Shown one piece after another: positions 47,646 through 57,771 of a DNA stretch of 64,000 bases (position 1 is its first letter; each line of letters opens with the position of its first letter). A program made the position numbers and the translations under genes. The notes beneath the pieces are model-generated. The model ran no database searches. It saw only the letters and a list, made by a program, of their open reading frames with translations, and was not told the origin of the DNA. This stretch comes from an uncultured virus (IMG/VR IMGVR_UViG_3300035130_000143) (taxonomy: Duplodnaviria > Heunggongvirae > Uroviricota > Caudoviricetes), in IMG/VR virus record IMGVR_UViG_3300035130_000143; one strand, given 5' to 3'.

Positions 47646-48806
47646 ATGGGGATAGAGGAGAGTAGAATGTTGCTACACAGAGACGACAAAGGCCGCGCCG
47701 TGCTGACGTGCGGCGGCGCGAAATACATCTTAGACGGGGGCTGCGTCTACGACGAGCGCGGCAAGCAAGTCGGCGCTGCGGCCCTGCTCGCGGCGCTGGA
47801 AAAAGGAGCAGGGGAAAAGAGCCGCCCGCCCCTCACCATTTTCATTGATGACATCGGGCGCACCTGGCTGGCCTGCGGGGCGCACGAGTGTCTAGTAGCG
47901 CACCCTGACTATCTGACCGACACAGACGCCGTATCGAGGGACCGCTACCTGCGCAACCTGTCCAATTTCATCCACGCCAGCGCAAGCAACGACGCGCTGG
48001 TGGTGGGCGACAATCCGTTGGACGCGCCGCCGCCCAGTCTCCCGCTCGAGCGGCATAACGAGCGGGAGTTGAGCGTGGGGATAGATGACGGGCGCACCGC
48101 CATTGAGGACTGGTGGATAGCGCGCGCGCCCACTGACGCGGTTAAGTTTTGGCAATCAGTGCTGCGTGAGATTCGCAAGCTGACCGGTAACGAGACGACC
48201 CTGCGCCGAGGGAGCGACGCCCTGGCGAGCGCGGCGGTCGAGGCTCGTGAATTCGGTCTGACCGCCGATTTCACCTTGACCGTAGACGGTTCGAGAGACT
48301 ACCGCTACAACCAGAAAAAACAGCAGTGGTCTCACAACCTCTTGCCTGTTGACTTTGGTCGGGCGCTCTACGAGGCCCTGCGCGAAAAGTCGCGCCTGCC
48401 AGACGAGCGCGCCCGCTTTGCAGCCCCGCAGGATGGGGCGCTGGTGGTAGAGCTGTTGGAGCATTGCGCGATTGACGCCTTTGACCTGCGCATCGGGGAC
48501 GTCGTGTATGAATATGCGTTTGGGGAGTGGTTCCCTGGTTCAGCGCGCGTGGACGACATCGGCCTGGAGCTTTACCGACTGCTTAGGCCGCCTACCGGGC
48601 CAAAGTACGTTGTGGTCTACGAATACAAACGCGTCCGCGTGCGCTGGAATAGTGAGGCCCTGGGGGCGCAAGTCACAGCCGATGGATGGCTGCTGTTTGA
48701 AAACGGCGAGATTGTGGTGGTTGCGCAGGCGATGACAGCCCGCAACGAAACCAGCGCCCTGGTCATCCCCAGGAGCGCCATAGTCAAGATGGAGGCGGAC
48801 GAATGA
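47646..48806 (+). CDS. hypothetical protein
   Basis: ~380-aa ORF with GAGGAG SD. Confidence 0.7.
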   Translation: MGIEESRMLLHRDDKGRAVLTCGGAKYILDGGCVYDERGKQVGAAALLAALEKGAGEKSRPPLTIFIDDIGRTWLACGAHECLVAHPDYLTDTDAVSRDRYLRNLSNFIHASASNDALVVGDNPLDAPPPSLPLERHNERELSVGIDDGRTAIEDWWIARAPTDAVKFWQSVLREIRKLTGNETTLRRGSDALASAAVEAREFGLTADFTLTVDGSRDYRYNQKKQQWSHNLLPVDFGRALYEALREKSRLPDERARFAAPQDGALVVELLEHCAIDAFDLRIGDVVYEYAFGEWFPGSARVDDIGLELYRLLRPPTGPKYVVVYEYKRVRVRWNSEALGAQVTADGWLLFENGEIVVVAQAMTARNETSALVIPRSAIVKMEADE

Positions 48807-49474
48807 ACGAAGTTAAACAAATAACCGATTACAGAAAGGCGTGCGATTGCAAAGGGACATCAAGCTCTGGAACCCACATCACCAGGGCTCCAGGGATCAG
48901 CGACAACAAAGTTACCTACCGAGAATGGTCGTCCGCAATCCCTGCCTGCAATGTGTGTGGCAAGCTGTGGAAAAAAATTGAGCAGGCAGAGCGCCCATCC
49001 CGCCTCGACCGCTTTATGGCCCGCACGCGCGAGGCCGTCGCCTGGGGCACGTGCCCGCGCCTGCCGGTCGGAGCCGTAGTCGCCCGTGGCGGGCGGCTGA
49101 TTAGCGAGGGCTGGAACGGAGCGCCGTCAGGCCAGCCGCACTGCACCGACGTGGGTTGCATCGTCGTCAATGACCACTGCGCCCGCGCCATTCACGCCGA
49201 AGACAACGCCCTGTGGTTCGCGGGCGAGCAGGCGTGCATTGGGGCGGATCTGTACGTCTCACACGTCCCCTGCTACAATTGCGCCAACCTGATCTTGCGC
49301 GCCCGCATCGCCCGCGTGATATTCGAGCACATCTACAAAGTGGACCAGGCCGCCGTGGCCCTGCTCGTGACGCGGTGCAACTTGTACCGCTACCAGGACG
49401 GCGAGTTGCTGCCGGTCTGGTCGGTTGAGCAGGTAGACCGGTGGGGGCAGAAGGAAAAGGAGTATAGGATATGA
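48803..49474 (+). CDS. dCMP deaminase with an N-terminal extension
   Basis: VGAVV, GWNG, HAEDNA, PCYNCA. Confidence 0.9.
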   Translation: MNEVKQITDYRKACDCKGTSSSGTHITRAPGISDNKVTYREWSSAIPACNVCGKLWKKIEQAERPSRLDRFMARTREAVAWGTCPRLPVGAVVARGGRLISEGWNGAPSGQPHCTDVGCIVVNDHCARAIHAEDNALWFAGEQACIGADLYVSHVPCYNCANLILRARIARVIFEHIYKVDQAAVALLVTRCNLYRYQDGELLPVWSVEQVDRWGQKEKEYRI

Positions 49475-50140
49475 CCCCCCTGATCGTTTCCGCCTACAAT
49501 CTCCCTGCCGCCTGGGAGCGTTCCATTGAAGCCCTGCTGGCCCACGGCCGGCCGACGCCCACGCAGTACGACGCCGAAGGCGAGCCGCCGTCGCTCGAGG
49601 CCGTCATGATAATGACGGTCCTCAACCCGATGGGTGAGCCGCGCGCCCATCGCAACATCCCCGAAGGGCTGGATGGCCTGCGGTAGTACGTGGCCGACGT
49701 GGTAGAGGGGGCGCGCGACTACATGGTGGACCAGGGAATCTGGACCTACTCCTACCACCGGCGCCTGTGCGAGTATCCTGGCTTGAGCTACACACGCGGA
49801 CCGGGCGAGGCCATCGGCGGCGTCATTGACCAGGTGGACCTGGCTATCGAGCGCCTGGCCGCTTTCGCTGGACATGCACCTGCACTGGCGATCCAGGGAT
49901 GCGTACAGGGCCGCCTTTATGAACCTGTACGCTTTTTCAGCCTGGCAGGCCGTGGTCGCTGCCGAGCTTGGCCGTCGCCTGGCCGAGCCGGTGACGGTGG
50001 GCGTCTTATGCGACATTACCGACAGTTACCATATTTACGGGCGCGACATCGACGCGGCCCGGCGGTTCCTGCGCAAGATGGAAAAGCGCGGGTTTGCAGA
50101 GCGGATGTGGACGACGGATGATGTGGAGAGGTTGGGGTGA
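49471..50140 (+). pseudogene. thyA: thymidylate synthase-like pseudogene (in-frame TAG plus a frameshifting internal deletion)
   Basis: WTYSYHRRL, IDQVD, WRSRDAYRAAFMN, DSYHIYG; catalytic PC segment absent. Confidence 0.75.
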
Positions 50141-50913
50141 AGCCTTATTATGACAAGGGCGGCATAACTATCTGGTGCGGGGATTGCCTTGAGGTTATGC
50201 CGCGCCTGGACGGTTCCTTTGACGCTATCATTTCAGACTGGCCCTATGGAACCACGGCTTGTCACTGGGATAGCGTCATTCCCCTGGAGCCGCTCTGGAA
50301 AGAGTGCAAGCGGTTGAGTAATCTTGCTGTGCTGTTTGGAAGTCAGCCGTTTACAACTGACTTGATAAACTCTAATCGAGAATGGTTCAGGTATGAATGG
50401 ATATGGGAAAAGCAGCAAGGAACGGGCTATTTGAATGCCAACCGTGTACCAATGAAGTCGCATGAGAATGTTCTTGTTTTCTATCCACGTCTTGGAACAT
50501 TTAACCCCCAGAAAGAAGATGGGGAACCTTACCGCGCCACTCGTGGCGCGGTAGGCGGGTTTGTACGGGACAAGACTGTGGGCGGCTGGCAAACCGAAAG
50601 CGACGGCAGTCGTTTCCCCAAAACAGTTTTGCGTTACAATGATGAAAAAGGCCATCATCCAACTCAAAAGCCAGAACCGCTCTTGGCCTATCTCGTCCGC
50701 ACCTATACCAACCCTGGCGACATCATCCTTGACAACACAGTGGGTAGCGGCACGACCCTGGTAGCCGCGCAAAACGAGGGCCGCCGCGCCGTAGGCATAG
50801 AGCTAGACGAGGAATACTGCCGCGTGGCCGTGGATCGCCTGCGCCAGCGGTCGTTCTGGTCATTGCCTGCCGACGACGACGCGGGGGAGCGGCAGTTGGG
50901 GCTGGAGTTGTGA
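50137..50913 (+). CDS. N4/N6 DNA methyltransferase
   Basis: SDWPYG, HPTQKP, LDNTVGSGTT, GIELD. Confidence 0.92.
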   Translation: MKPYYDKGGITIWCGDCLEVMPRLDGSFDAIISDWPYGTTACHWDSVIPLEPLWKECKRLSNLAVLFGSQPFTTDLINSNREWFRYEWIWEKQQGTGYLNANRVPMKSHENVLVFYPRLGTFNPQKEDGEPYRATRGAVGGFVRDKTVGGWQTESDGSRFPKTVLRYNDEKGHHPTQKPEPLLAYLVRTYTNPGDIILDNTVGSGTTLVAAQNEGRRAVGIELDEEYCRVAVDRLRQRSFWSLPADDDAGERQLGLEL

Positions 50914-50924
50914 GGACATTTTAA

Positions 50925-52892
50925 ATGGCAAGCCTCTTTTACCAGGATGATAAAGTCAAACTTTATAAGGATGATGTTCTGTCCTGGGCGCTTGATTACA
51001 AAAAGCAAATAGATTCCAGCGAAGCATTGCCTTTTAACGCCGTTCTCTGTGACCCCCCATACGGTTTATCAGAACCCCCGCCGATAGATGAGATTTTGCA
51101 GGCTTGGCTATCTGGCGAGCGGTACGAGTACAACAAGGGCGGCATGATGAACCACGCTTGGGATAGCCTGCCCCCAGGCCCGCAAATCTGGCGCGCTCTC
51201 TACGACATCACCTATCCAGGGGGCTACCTTTTTGCCTTTAGCTCCACGCGCACGGCAGACCTGCTCAGTATTGCCTGTCGCCTGGGCGGGTGGGAGCCGT
51301 TCGACCGCATCGCCTCATTTGCCTGGGTACAATCGCAGGGAATGAAGAAAGGCGCGGATATTAGCAAAAAGCTGGACAAGGAAACGGGGGCAGAGAGGGA
51401 AGTTGTGGGAGAGTACCAATGGCCTGATGGCAAAGCGCGTGATACCAAAGAACACACAACAAAACGAAAGGGTATTTACGGCGATATAAAAAGCAGTGGA
51501 GGCATAAACGACAGAAATATCACCGCCCCGGCCACGCCCCTCGCCAGGCTATTCCACGGCTACGGCACGGACCTGGCTCCGAAGCATGAGCCGATCCTAC
51601 TTTTCCGCAAGCCCCGCGAGGGCCGCACGTTCGCCGCTTGCGCGCGGAAATTTGGGAGCGGGGGGCTGCACATTGAGGCATGCAGAGTAGCAAGTGACGG
51701 TAGTCACAAAAGGCCATTTCAGCCAACAAGCAACGAGCGTAGTGTATATGGAAGACAGCGTGAGTTTCAACCCACAAATGCCGCTGGTCGCTGGCCGCCG
51801 AATGTCCATTTTTCGCACGTCCCCCACGACCGCCTTTGCCCCGCCTGCAACGGAGAGGGCCTGATAACTGTCTCGTCCGTTCCTGTATCGCTGTGTGAAA
51901 ACTGCCTGTCGGACGAGGGCGGAACTTGGCTGGCTGACGCGCCAGAAATTTGTCCAGATTGCGGTGGACGCACAACTGACAGAAGGATGCACGATAACAA
52001 ACTGCCTTGTTCAGAATGTTATGGCGAGGGGATGGTCGGGGGCTGCGTGCGGGTAGGGAGTAAGAGGGTGAAGGGAACTGCGCCAATCGGACGACCATCG
52101 CGGGGAATGCCTAAAACATCACGAGGACTTTATAATTTGGGCTTGTCTACCAATAACGACGTTGTGAAGTACACTGACCCAGACGGCAAAGAGCAAGTAG
52201 ACGACTGGCTCTGCGTCCCTGGCTGTCCCGTGCTCGCCCTGGATGAAATGGCGGGGGAGCGGAAAAGTGGGGGCAGAACCGACACTGGTAAGCGCCAAAG
52301 GCAAAGCGGTTTTGCAATGACCGGCGGAAACTGCGAGCCGTCAACAGGTTCAGCAAGCCGCTTCTATCCCTGCCACGATTGGTCGCTGGAGATAGCCGAG
52401 CGCCTGGCGGGGGAGACGCCGTTTTTTTACTGCCCAAAGGCATCCCCCTCGGAACGTCAATTCGGCCTGCCCCAATTCCTACCCCGCACCCGCAACCCGC
52501 GCAAGCGCCGCCGTCAGGACCTCGACGGCTCGTGGCTTCAGCGAGCCGTGTGCCGCCACCCCACGCTCAAGCCGATGAAATTGATTATCTGGCTGGCGAC
52601 GCTGCTCAGGCCGCCGGTAGAGGTAAAGCCGCGCATTTGTATCCCGTTCGCGGGCGCAATGAGTGAGGCCATAGCGGCGCGGCTTGCGGGCTGGAATGAC
52701 ATACACGCGATAGAGCGCGAGGACGTCTACTGCGCCTGGGGCGCGGCGCGTTACCGGGGAATGAGCAAATGGGCCTACCTGACTCAAAAAACCGACCCCG
52801 CCGAGATTCGCAAACTGGCCCAATCCGCCGAGGCGCGCGAATCCTGGCAAAACAATGAACGTCAGACTACTCTGTGGGAGTTTCTGGACTAG
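50925..52892 (+). CDS. large N4/N6 DNA methyltransferase with a zinc-finger insertion
   Basis: CDPPYG, GRWPPN, four CxxC, HPTLKP, IPFAG. Confidence 0.85.
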   Translation: MASLFYQDDKVKLYKDDVLSWALDYKKQIDSSEALPFNAVLCDPPYGLSEPPPIDEILQAWLSGERYEYNKGGMMNHAWDSLPPGPQIWRALYDITYPGGYLFAFSSTRTADLLSIACRLGGWEPFDRIASFAWVQSQGMKKGADISKKLDKETGAEREVVGEYQWPDGKARDTKEHTTKRKGIYGDIKSSGGINDRNITAPATPLARLFHGYGTDLAPKHEPILLFRKPREGRTFAACARKFGSGGLHIEACRVASDGSHKRPFQPTSNERSVYGRQREFQPTNAAGRWPPNVHFSHVPHDRLCPACNGEGLITVSSVPVSLCENCLSDEGGTWLADAPEICPDCGGRTTDRRMHDNKLPCSECYGEGMVGGCVRVGSKRVKGTAPIGRPSRGMPKTSRGLYNLGLSTNNDVVKYTDPDGKEQVDDWLCVPGCPVLALDEMAGERKSGGRTDTGKRQRQSGFAMTGGNCEPSTGSASRFYPCHDWSLEIAERLAGETPFFYCPKASPSERQFGLPQFLPRTRNPRKRRRQDLDGSWLQRAVCRHPTLKPMKLIIWLATLLRPPVEVKPRICIPFAGAMSEAIAARLAGWNDIHAIEREDVYCAWGAARYRGMSKWAYLTQKTDPAEIRKLAQSAEARESWQNNERQTTLWEFLD

Positions 52893-53085
52893 CGTTATCG
52901 GCTTCACTCTCCAGCGCGCTAGCCTCACGCGTCAATTCTTCCTCTAGCACCTGGATAGCGCCCCGGATGCGCATCAGCATTTCAGCCAATGCTTGTCTGC
53001 GCTGGTCCAATTCTGCATGCATCTGTTGCCCTTTGGCGAGCTCCTGACGCAATTCCTCAAGCCGTTGCTCTAGCCGTTCTCGCAT
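52867..53085 (-). CDS. small coiled-coil protein
   Basis: heptad-rich; end of the tail operon. Confidence 0.6.
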   Translation of the reverse strand: MRERLEQRLEELRQELAKGQQMHAELDQRRQALAEMLMRIRGAIQVLEEELTREASALESEADNASPETPTE

Positions 53086-53390
53086 ATTTGCTCCACATGG
53101 ATACTCCGCTCGTCAACGTCAACAACGCGGTACTGACGATTGTTCATTGACAACACATCGTCAGGCTGCACGCCGGGCCTGTTGCAGATAAGACAATCTC
53201 CAACGTGCGCGCCGTCTAAGAAAACGGCGTGTTTTGTTCGCTCTGTCTTGACTCGCTTGAGCATAAACATTTCGTCTCTTTGGTTGACCAAACCGTACCT
53301 CGCCAGCCCTCAGCGGTTCCGGCCCATTACCGTAACATCCTGCGTTCTCGCAAGACTGGCTTGACCTGCACTTATTATATCAATCAACCA

Positions 53391-53882
53391 TCATGATGTC
53401 AATGTCAAAAACGCCGACGGCAAACTAACCGCTCCTGTATCGTCATTGTGCATTGCCAGCACATAATTTGCGGACGGGCTGGTCTTCGGTTGGCTGTTTT
53501 CCGCCAATACGCCGACCAAAGCAAATTTTTCCTCATAGAACCGATAGACCATAATAGTGTGGTCATCAGGCGCGGCATCCGCCGTCAGTGTATTGCCGCC
53601 GCTCACAGCAGCATTCTCCACCATTGGCGGGACCTGCTCTCTCAATTCTGGCTCATAGTCCGCCGTCGCTTGCACCTCGTCCCACAGCAGGCCAAGCGTC
53701 CCTTCTGACACAGCAAAGCTCAGGCTTCCTGATGCAACAAGCTCTACACGAATCCAGCGCAAAAAGTCCCGCTTGATATTTAACTGCTTGAGCGTATCAG
53801 GATGCGTAATAGCTTGCATTTTCGCCAGCATCAAAGTTAGCGCGCCGCTGGCAATCGCTCTCCATAATTCGTGATTTATCAT
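53391..53882 (-). CDS. hypothetical tail-associated protein
   Basis: ORF downstream of the tail fibre. Confidence 0.55.
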   Translation of the reverse strand: MINHELWRAIASGALTLMLAKMQAITHPDTLKQLNIKRDFLRWIRVELVASGSLSFAVSEGTLGLLWDEVQATADYEPELREQVPPMVENAAVSGGNTLTADAAPDDHTIMVYRFYEEKFALVGVLAENSQPKTSPSANYVLAMHNDDTGAVSLPSAFLTLTS

Positions 53883-54100
53883 CTCTTTCTCCTATTCAAA
53901 AAAACTAGACGCTGGCTGCTCGATGGCATTACTGCTAGCGACTGTTGCTGATTGCACGGTCATAAATGGCTGCTCCAGATCAGACTGATCCAGTCTCAAT
54001 CTGCCCGCGCCAGCTTTTGTTTTACGCAATCTGAGCACAACAGTTATGCCTGTTGCCGCCCCGACGCTTTTCAAAAAATCGTATCTTTTCATTTTGTCTC

Positions 54101-56593
54101 CTATGCAAAAAGTCTCAAGTATCGCGTACCAGACGAGGTTATCACCTTGATATACTCGTCCTGACCGCTCAGTCCAGTGTAAATTGTGCCACCGGTAAAA
54201 TCGATAAACGGCTGGTCAATGTCAGCCTGGTCTAGCAGCAACACCGGAATGGCCGCCGCTGTGTCCGGTTGGTCAACGTGCAGTTGCGCCGCTGGCGCTG
54301 TTGTTCTGACTCCCACGCGCCCGTTACTGCCCTTGATTTCCAAGAGATTTTGCAATCCTGTGCCGTCATTGGCGCGGAACCGCCACAATCCTGGCACGCT
54401 GCCCAGGCCCGGTACGCCGTCAACCCTGACTTGAAACGCCGCTGCAATTTGATACGCTGCACCATCGTAACCAAAGCCAGAAAACGCAAACACACGGTCG
54501 CCATTTTGCACGATAGCCCCGGCGCGGTCTTTGTAGCCAAAAAATGCCGCGCTGCCAGCATCGTTGGCTGTGTCATCGAATTGACCATCTCCCAGAACGT
54601 GCAGGGCCACAGCGGGGGAGCTTTCAAAAATGCCTAGACCAGTAGCGGTAAAATGCGCGATGTCAGAACCACCGACCTCGATGTCCAACTGGTCATCGTT
54701 TGGCGCGCTGATAGTTGTGTCGCCGTCGGCATCAAAGATCAGCGCATCGGCGTTGCCGTTCAGGTCCAGCGTTGCAGTGCCGTCTAATAACAAGTTACCG
54801 CTGGCCTCTACTGTCAAGCGTACTATGTTGTTATTGCTCGCTAATTCCAATATTCCATTAGCCGTAGTTGGACCAATTCTCATTTTGAGATTAGTGTAAT
54901 CCCAAAGTACCCATGCGCCTTGATTCTGAGAAGTCGTTCCAAAAACTAAATTACTTACATTGGCGTCTGGAACTAAAAATGTAGCGCCGCCCTGACCACT
55001 ATTTTCAACAACCAAATCATCAGCTAGCGCACTGGCTATTACTGCCCCAGCGCTAGCTGTGTGTACATGTAATGTACCGTCTGGAGAATTAGTGCCAATC
55101 CCTAATTCATTATTAGTATCATCCCAAAACAAATTGGCATTGTCTTGCTGAATCACGCCTGCCGCCCCGGCAAAAAACACGCTGCCTGCCGTGGCGTTAG
55201 TGTCGGTCGTACCTACTACCAGCGAGCCGCCCTGCCCTGCGCCGCTATGCGTGTGCGCCGGCAGGTCTCCCGCCGCTATTGCCGCGCTGCTCAAAACGCC
55301 GCCTGCATCCGACTGTACAAAGCCTGCGCCCAGGCCGCCCAGGGTAATTTGACTGTCGGAACCGCGCACCTCTAGCGCGTCAGCATCAGCACTTGTCTTG
55401 ACACAAAAGTCAACATCGCGCTCATCGTTATTGACAAGCACCTCGCCTTGTCCAACCACGCCGTTGTATCCAGACAACTGCAACAGGTTGCGCTGCGTGG
55501 TATCCATTGCTACGCTAAATGTTAAGCTGCCGCCTATGTCGCCATTTGTGACATCTAATGATTCGCTCAGGATAAATGCGAACTGGCCTTTAGCGCCAGT
55601 AGAAGTGTCTCCATAAAATTCTATGATTCCCAAGTCATCGTCATCAGCAGGGCTGGCGCCGTTTTTGTAAAACTGCAAGCGCCCGCTCAAAGCATCAGCA
55701 TTAGTATTTTCAATCTCCAGCGTGGGCCATGTGCTATTTGATGACTTTAGAGAAACGTCCACGCTATCAAATAGCCAGTTGACGCCCGTCCATTCTACCT
55801 GATTATTGCCGCTGACGTATTGTCCAACACCATCCGCGCCGTCTCCAAAATTCAATGGCTGGTCATCGGACACCTCAAGCCCGGCGTCAAAATTGTGCAA
55901 CCCTGACCAGTTAGGTGTCTGGTCCCATATTACATCCGTCGCGTCAGTTGTCAGCGCATACCCCGCCGCGCCCGGATGCGCGTAGGCTTCCCAGTCAGCC
56001 GCGCCGCCCCGGATAATTGCGCCTTGCGCCCACGAGGCCAGGTCAGTAAGCGGAAGCGGACCGCTCGATAGCACACCCCCTACATTAGATTGCACGGCTC
56101 CTGCGCCAAGAGCGCCCAGTGTAATCTGACCGTCAGAACCTTGCACCTGGAGCGCATCGGCTACACCAGTGGCCTCGACGTGAAAATCAACGTCAAGGCC
56201 GCCATCGTTGAATTTTATCACGGGCTGCGCGTTGGTGGAAATGATACGTAGATAATTCAGTCCGCCATCGTCGTATAGCGTCAGCGCATCAGCGGCATTA
56301 TCTGGCACGTACAGGTCGCCGCCGTTCAGATTTAAGTCGCCGCTGGTCAGCACGATCTGGTCGGGCGCGGGCGTTGAATCAAATACGAGCCGTCCGCCGC
56401 CGGGCAGGCCAATATAGGCGTCATCGTTCATCGTCAGGTCATTGACGCTGACCCACGTCACGCCATTATCTTCCAGGTGGTAATATTGATTTCCGGCGGC
56501 TGGCAAGACGCCGCCGCCGCCAGTATGAACTTCCTGGCGCGTGACAAAATAGTGCGTGAGGTTCTCTATTAATTCAGGATTATTTTTTTGCAT
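54101..56593 (-). CDS. tail fibre/spike protein
   Basis: 830 aa, G/D/N/T-rich, LGIGTNSP..TLHV motifs, internal repeats. Confidence 0.8.
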   Translation of the reverse strand: MQKNNPELIENLTHYFVTRQEVHTGGGGVLPAAGNQYYHLEDNGVTWVSVNDLTMNDDAYIGLPGGGRLVFDSTPAPDQIVLTSGDLNLNGGDLYVPDNAADALTLYDDGGLNYLRIISTNAQPVIKFNDGGLDVDFHVEATGVADALQVQGSDGQITLGALGAGAVQSNVGGVLSSGPLPLTDLASWAQGAIIRGGAADWEAYAHPGAAGYALTTDATDVIWDQTPNWSGLHNFDAGLEVSDDQPLNFGDGADGVGQYVSGNNQVEWTGVNWLFDSVDVSLKSSNSTWPTLEIENTNADALSGRLQFYKNGASPADDDDLGIIEFYGDTSTGAKGQFAFILSESLDVTNGDIGGSLTFSVAMDTTQRNLLQLSGYNGVVGQGEVLVNNDERDVDFCVKTSADADALEVRGSDSQITLGGLGAGFVQSDAGGVLSSAAIAAGDLPAHTHSGAGQGGSLVVGTTDTNATAGSVFFAGAAGVIQQDNANLFWDDTNNELGIGTNSPDGTLHVHTASAGAVIASALADDLVVENSGQGGATFLVPDANVSNLVFGTTSQNQGAWVLWDYTNLKMRIGPTTANGILELASNNNIVRLTVEASGNLLLDGTATLDLNGNADALIFDADGDTTISAPNDDQLDIEVGGSDIAHFTATGLGIFESSPAVALHVLGDGQFDDTANDAGSAAFFGYKDRAGAIVQNGDRVFAFSGFGYDGAAYQIAAAFQVRVDGVPGLGSVPGLWRFRANDGTGLQNLLEIKGSNGRVGVRTTAPAAQLHVDQPDTAAAIPVLLLDQADIDQPFIDFTGGTIYTGLSGQDEYIKVITSSGTRYLRLFA

Positions 56594-57771
56594 TATGCCG
56601 CCTTTGTGCCTAATCCAGTCTGCGCCAATTTTTGAGCAAACGTGTCAGTTTTGCCCCCGCGCAATTGCAATCCCCAGGGCGCAGTATACGTCACTGATTC
56701 GATGAACATGGCGCGGGGGTCCTGGCGCAAGTCATCTGGTTCGGCCTCGCCCACCAAAAAGTCGGAAAATGCCAGCCATTTGCCAGGCAACACGTGCCAG
56801 GGCAGCACGCGCCCCCCGCCCAGGGTGGTGATTTTTTGCTCCGGGTCACTCAATTGTTGCTGGTATTCCAGCGTCATTGGAGCCTGTTCGTACACGGGCA
56901 TTTGATTAGCATAAATTCCAAACAGGTAACGGTTGTATGATGCGTCGCCAAACGATAGTAGACGCTTTATTACCTGCCAGCCGCTATTTTGTCTATTTTC
57001 ATACGGCGCTACTTGGCGAGTGTTGCTCGTAATTCTCGACCAGCTTGTGTCAATCACGTCATTTAATTGCGCATCCAGCACGGCTATTATTTTGTCCGAC
57101 AGGTCTATATCCACACCCGCCGCCGCATCGTAGGGCATTTTATCGTACATATAAATGTAGCCCAGGCATTCGACCGAAACCTGCGGGGCGTTGGCGCTGC
57201 CCAGGTTGACGCTTTTTGAATTTGTTGGATAGGCATTTTCTAATAAATAGGTGGCGAGTTGATCGGCTGCCCGCGCATCGCTGATGTCGCCGCCCGATAG
57301 GGACGTGGGCCAATAGCCATATTTTGCAATAGAATCAGTATCATCCTGACTCAATTGTTTCTGAGCGCCAAATACCGGTGTAACGCCCGTCGTGTCGAGC
57401 GTCGTGTACTCTAAATCAACGTCGTTATCCACGTCCATCATAGGACCCGCTACAAAATCAAGCGGACCAATGGACGTGCTCACCTTATTGACAAATCCTT
57501 CCCAGATGATGACGCTTGCGCTATCTGTTACCTCGATGTGCCTGCCTAAACCTTCCGTGATCCATTTTTCAAGCTCGCGTTGATTGGTATTGATCTTGAA
57601 CTGCGCAGACCAGTAACCGCCAATCGCCTGGATAGTGTGCGAATAGTTCTCGATTTGCCTGGCGAGCGTGGGCAATACGGGCGTCCCTGGCAATATGTAA
57701 TTGTCTGGCGAACCGCCAATGATGGGATTGAACGCCGTGATGGTGGGCGAAAACTCTTGTTTGTGACTCAT
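56593..57771 (-). CDS. minor tail protein (hub/Tal-like)
   Basis: gene order; IIWEGFV, DTDSIAKYG motifs. Confidence 0.7.
   Translation of the reverse strand: MSHKQEFSPTITAFNPIIGGSPDNYILPGTPVLPTLARQIENYSHTIQAIGGYWSAQFKINTNQRELEKWITEGLGRHIEVTDSASVIIWEGFVNKVSTSIGPLDFVAGPMMDVDNDVDLEYTTLDTTGVTPVFGAQKQLSQDDTDSIAKYGYWPTSLSGGDISDARAADQLATYLLENAYPTNSKSVNLGSANAPQVSVECLGYIYMYDKMPYDAAAGVDIDLSDKIIAVLDAQLNDVIDTSWSRITSNTRQVAPYENRQNSGWQVIKRLLSFGDASYNRYLFGIYANQMPVYEQAPMTLEYQQQLSDPEQKITTLGGGRVLPWHVLPGKWLAFSDFLVGEAEPDDLRQDPRAMFIESVTYTAPWGLQLRGGKTDTFAQKLAQTGLGTKAA

Noticed and set aside
49684..49686. TAG stop-codon reassignment or readthrough
   Set aside because: Many intact genes end in TAG (e.g. csf2, helicase), no suppressor tRNA was seen, and the gene has a second lesion
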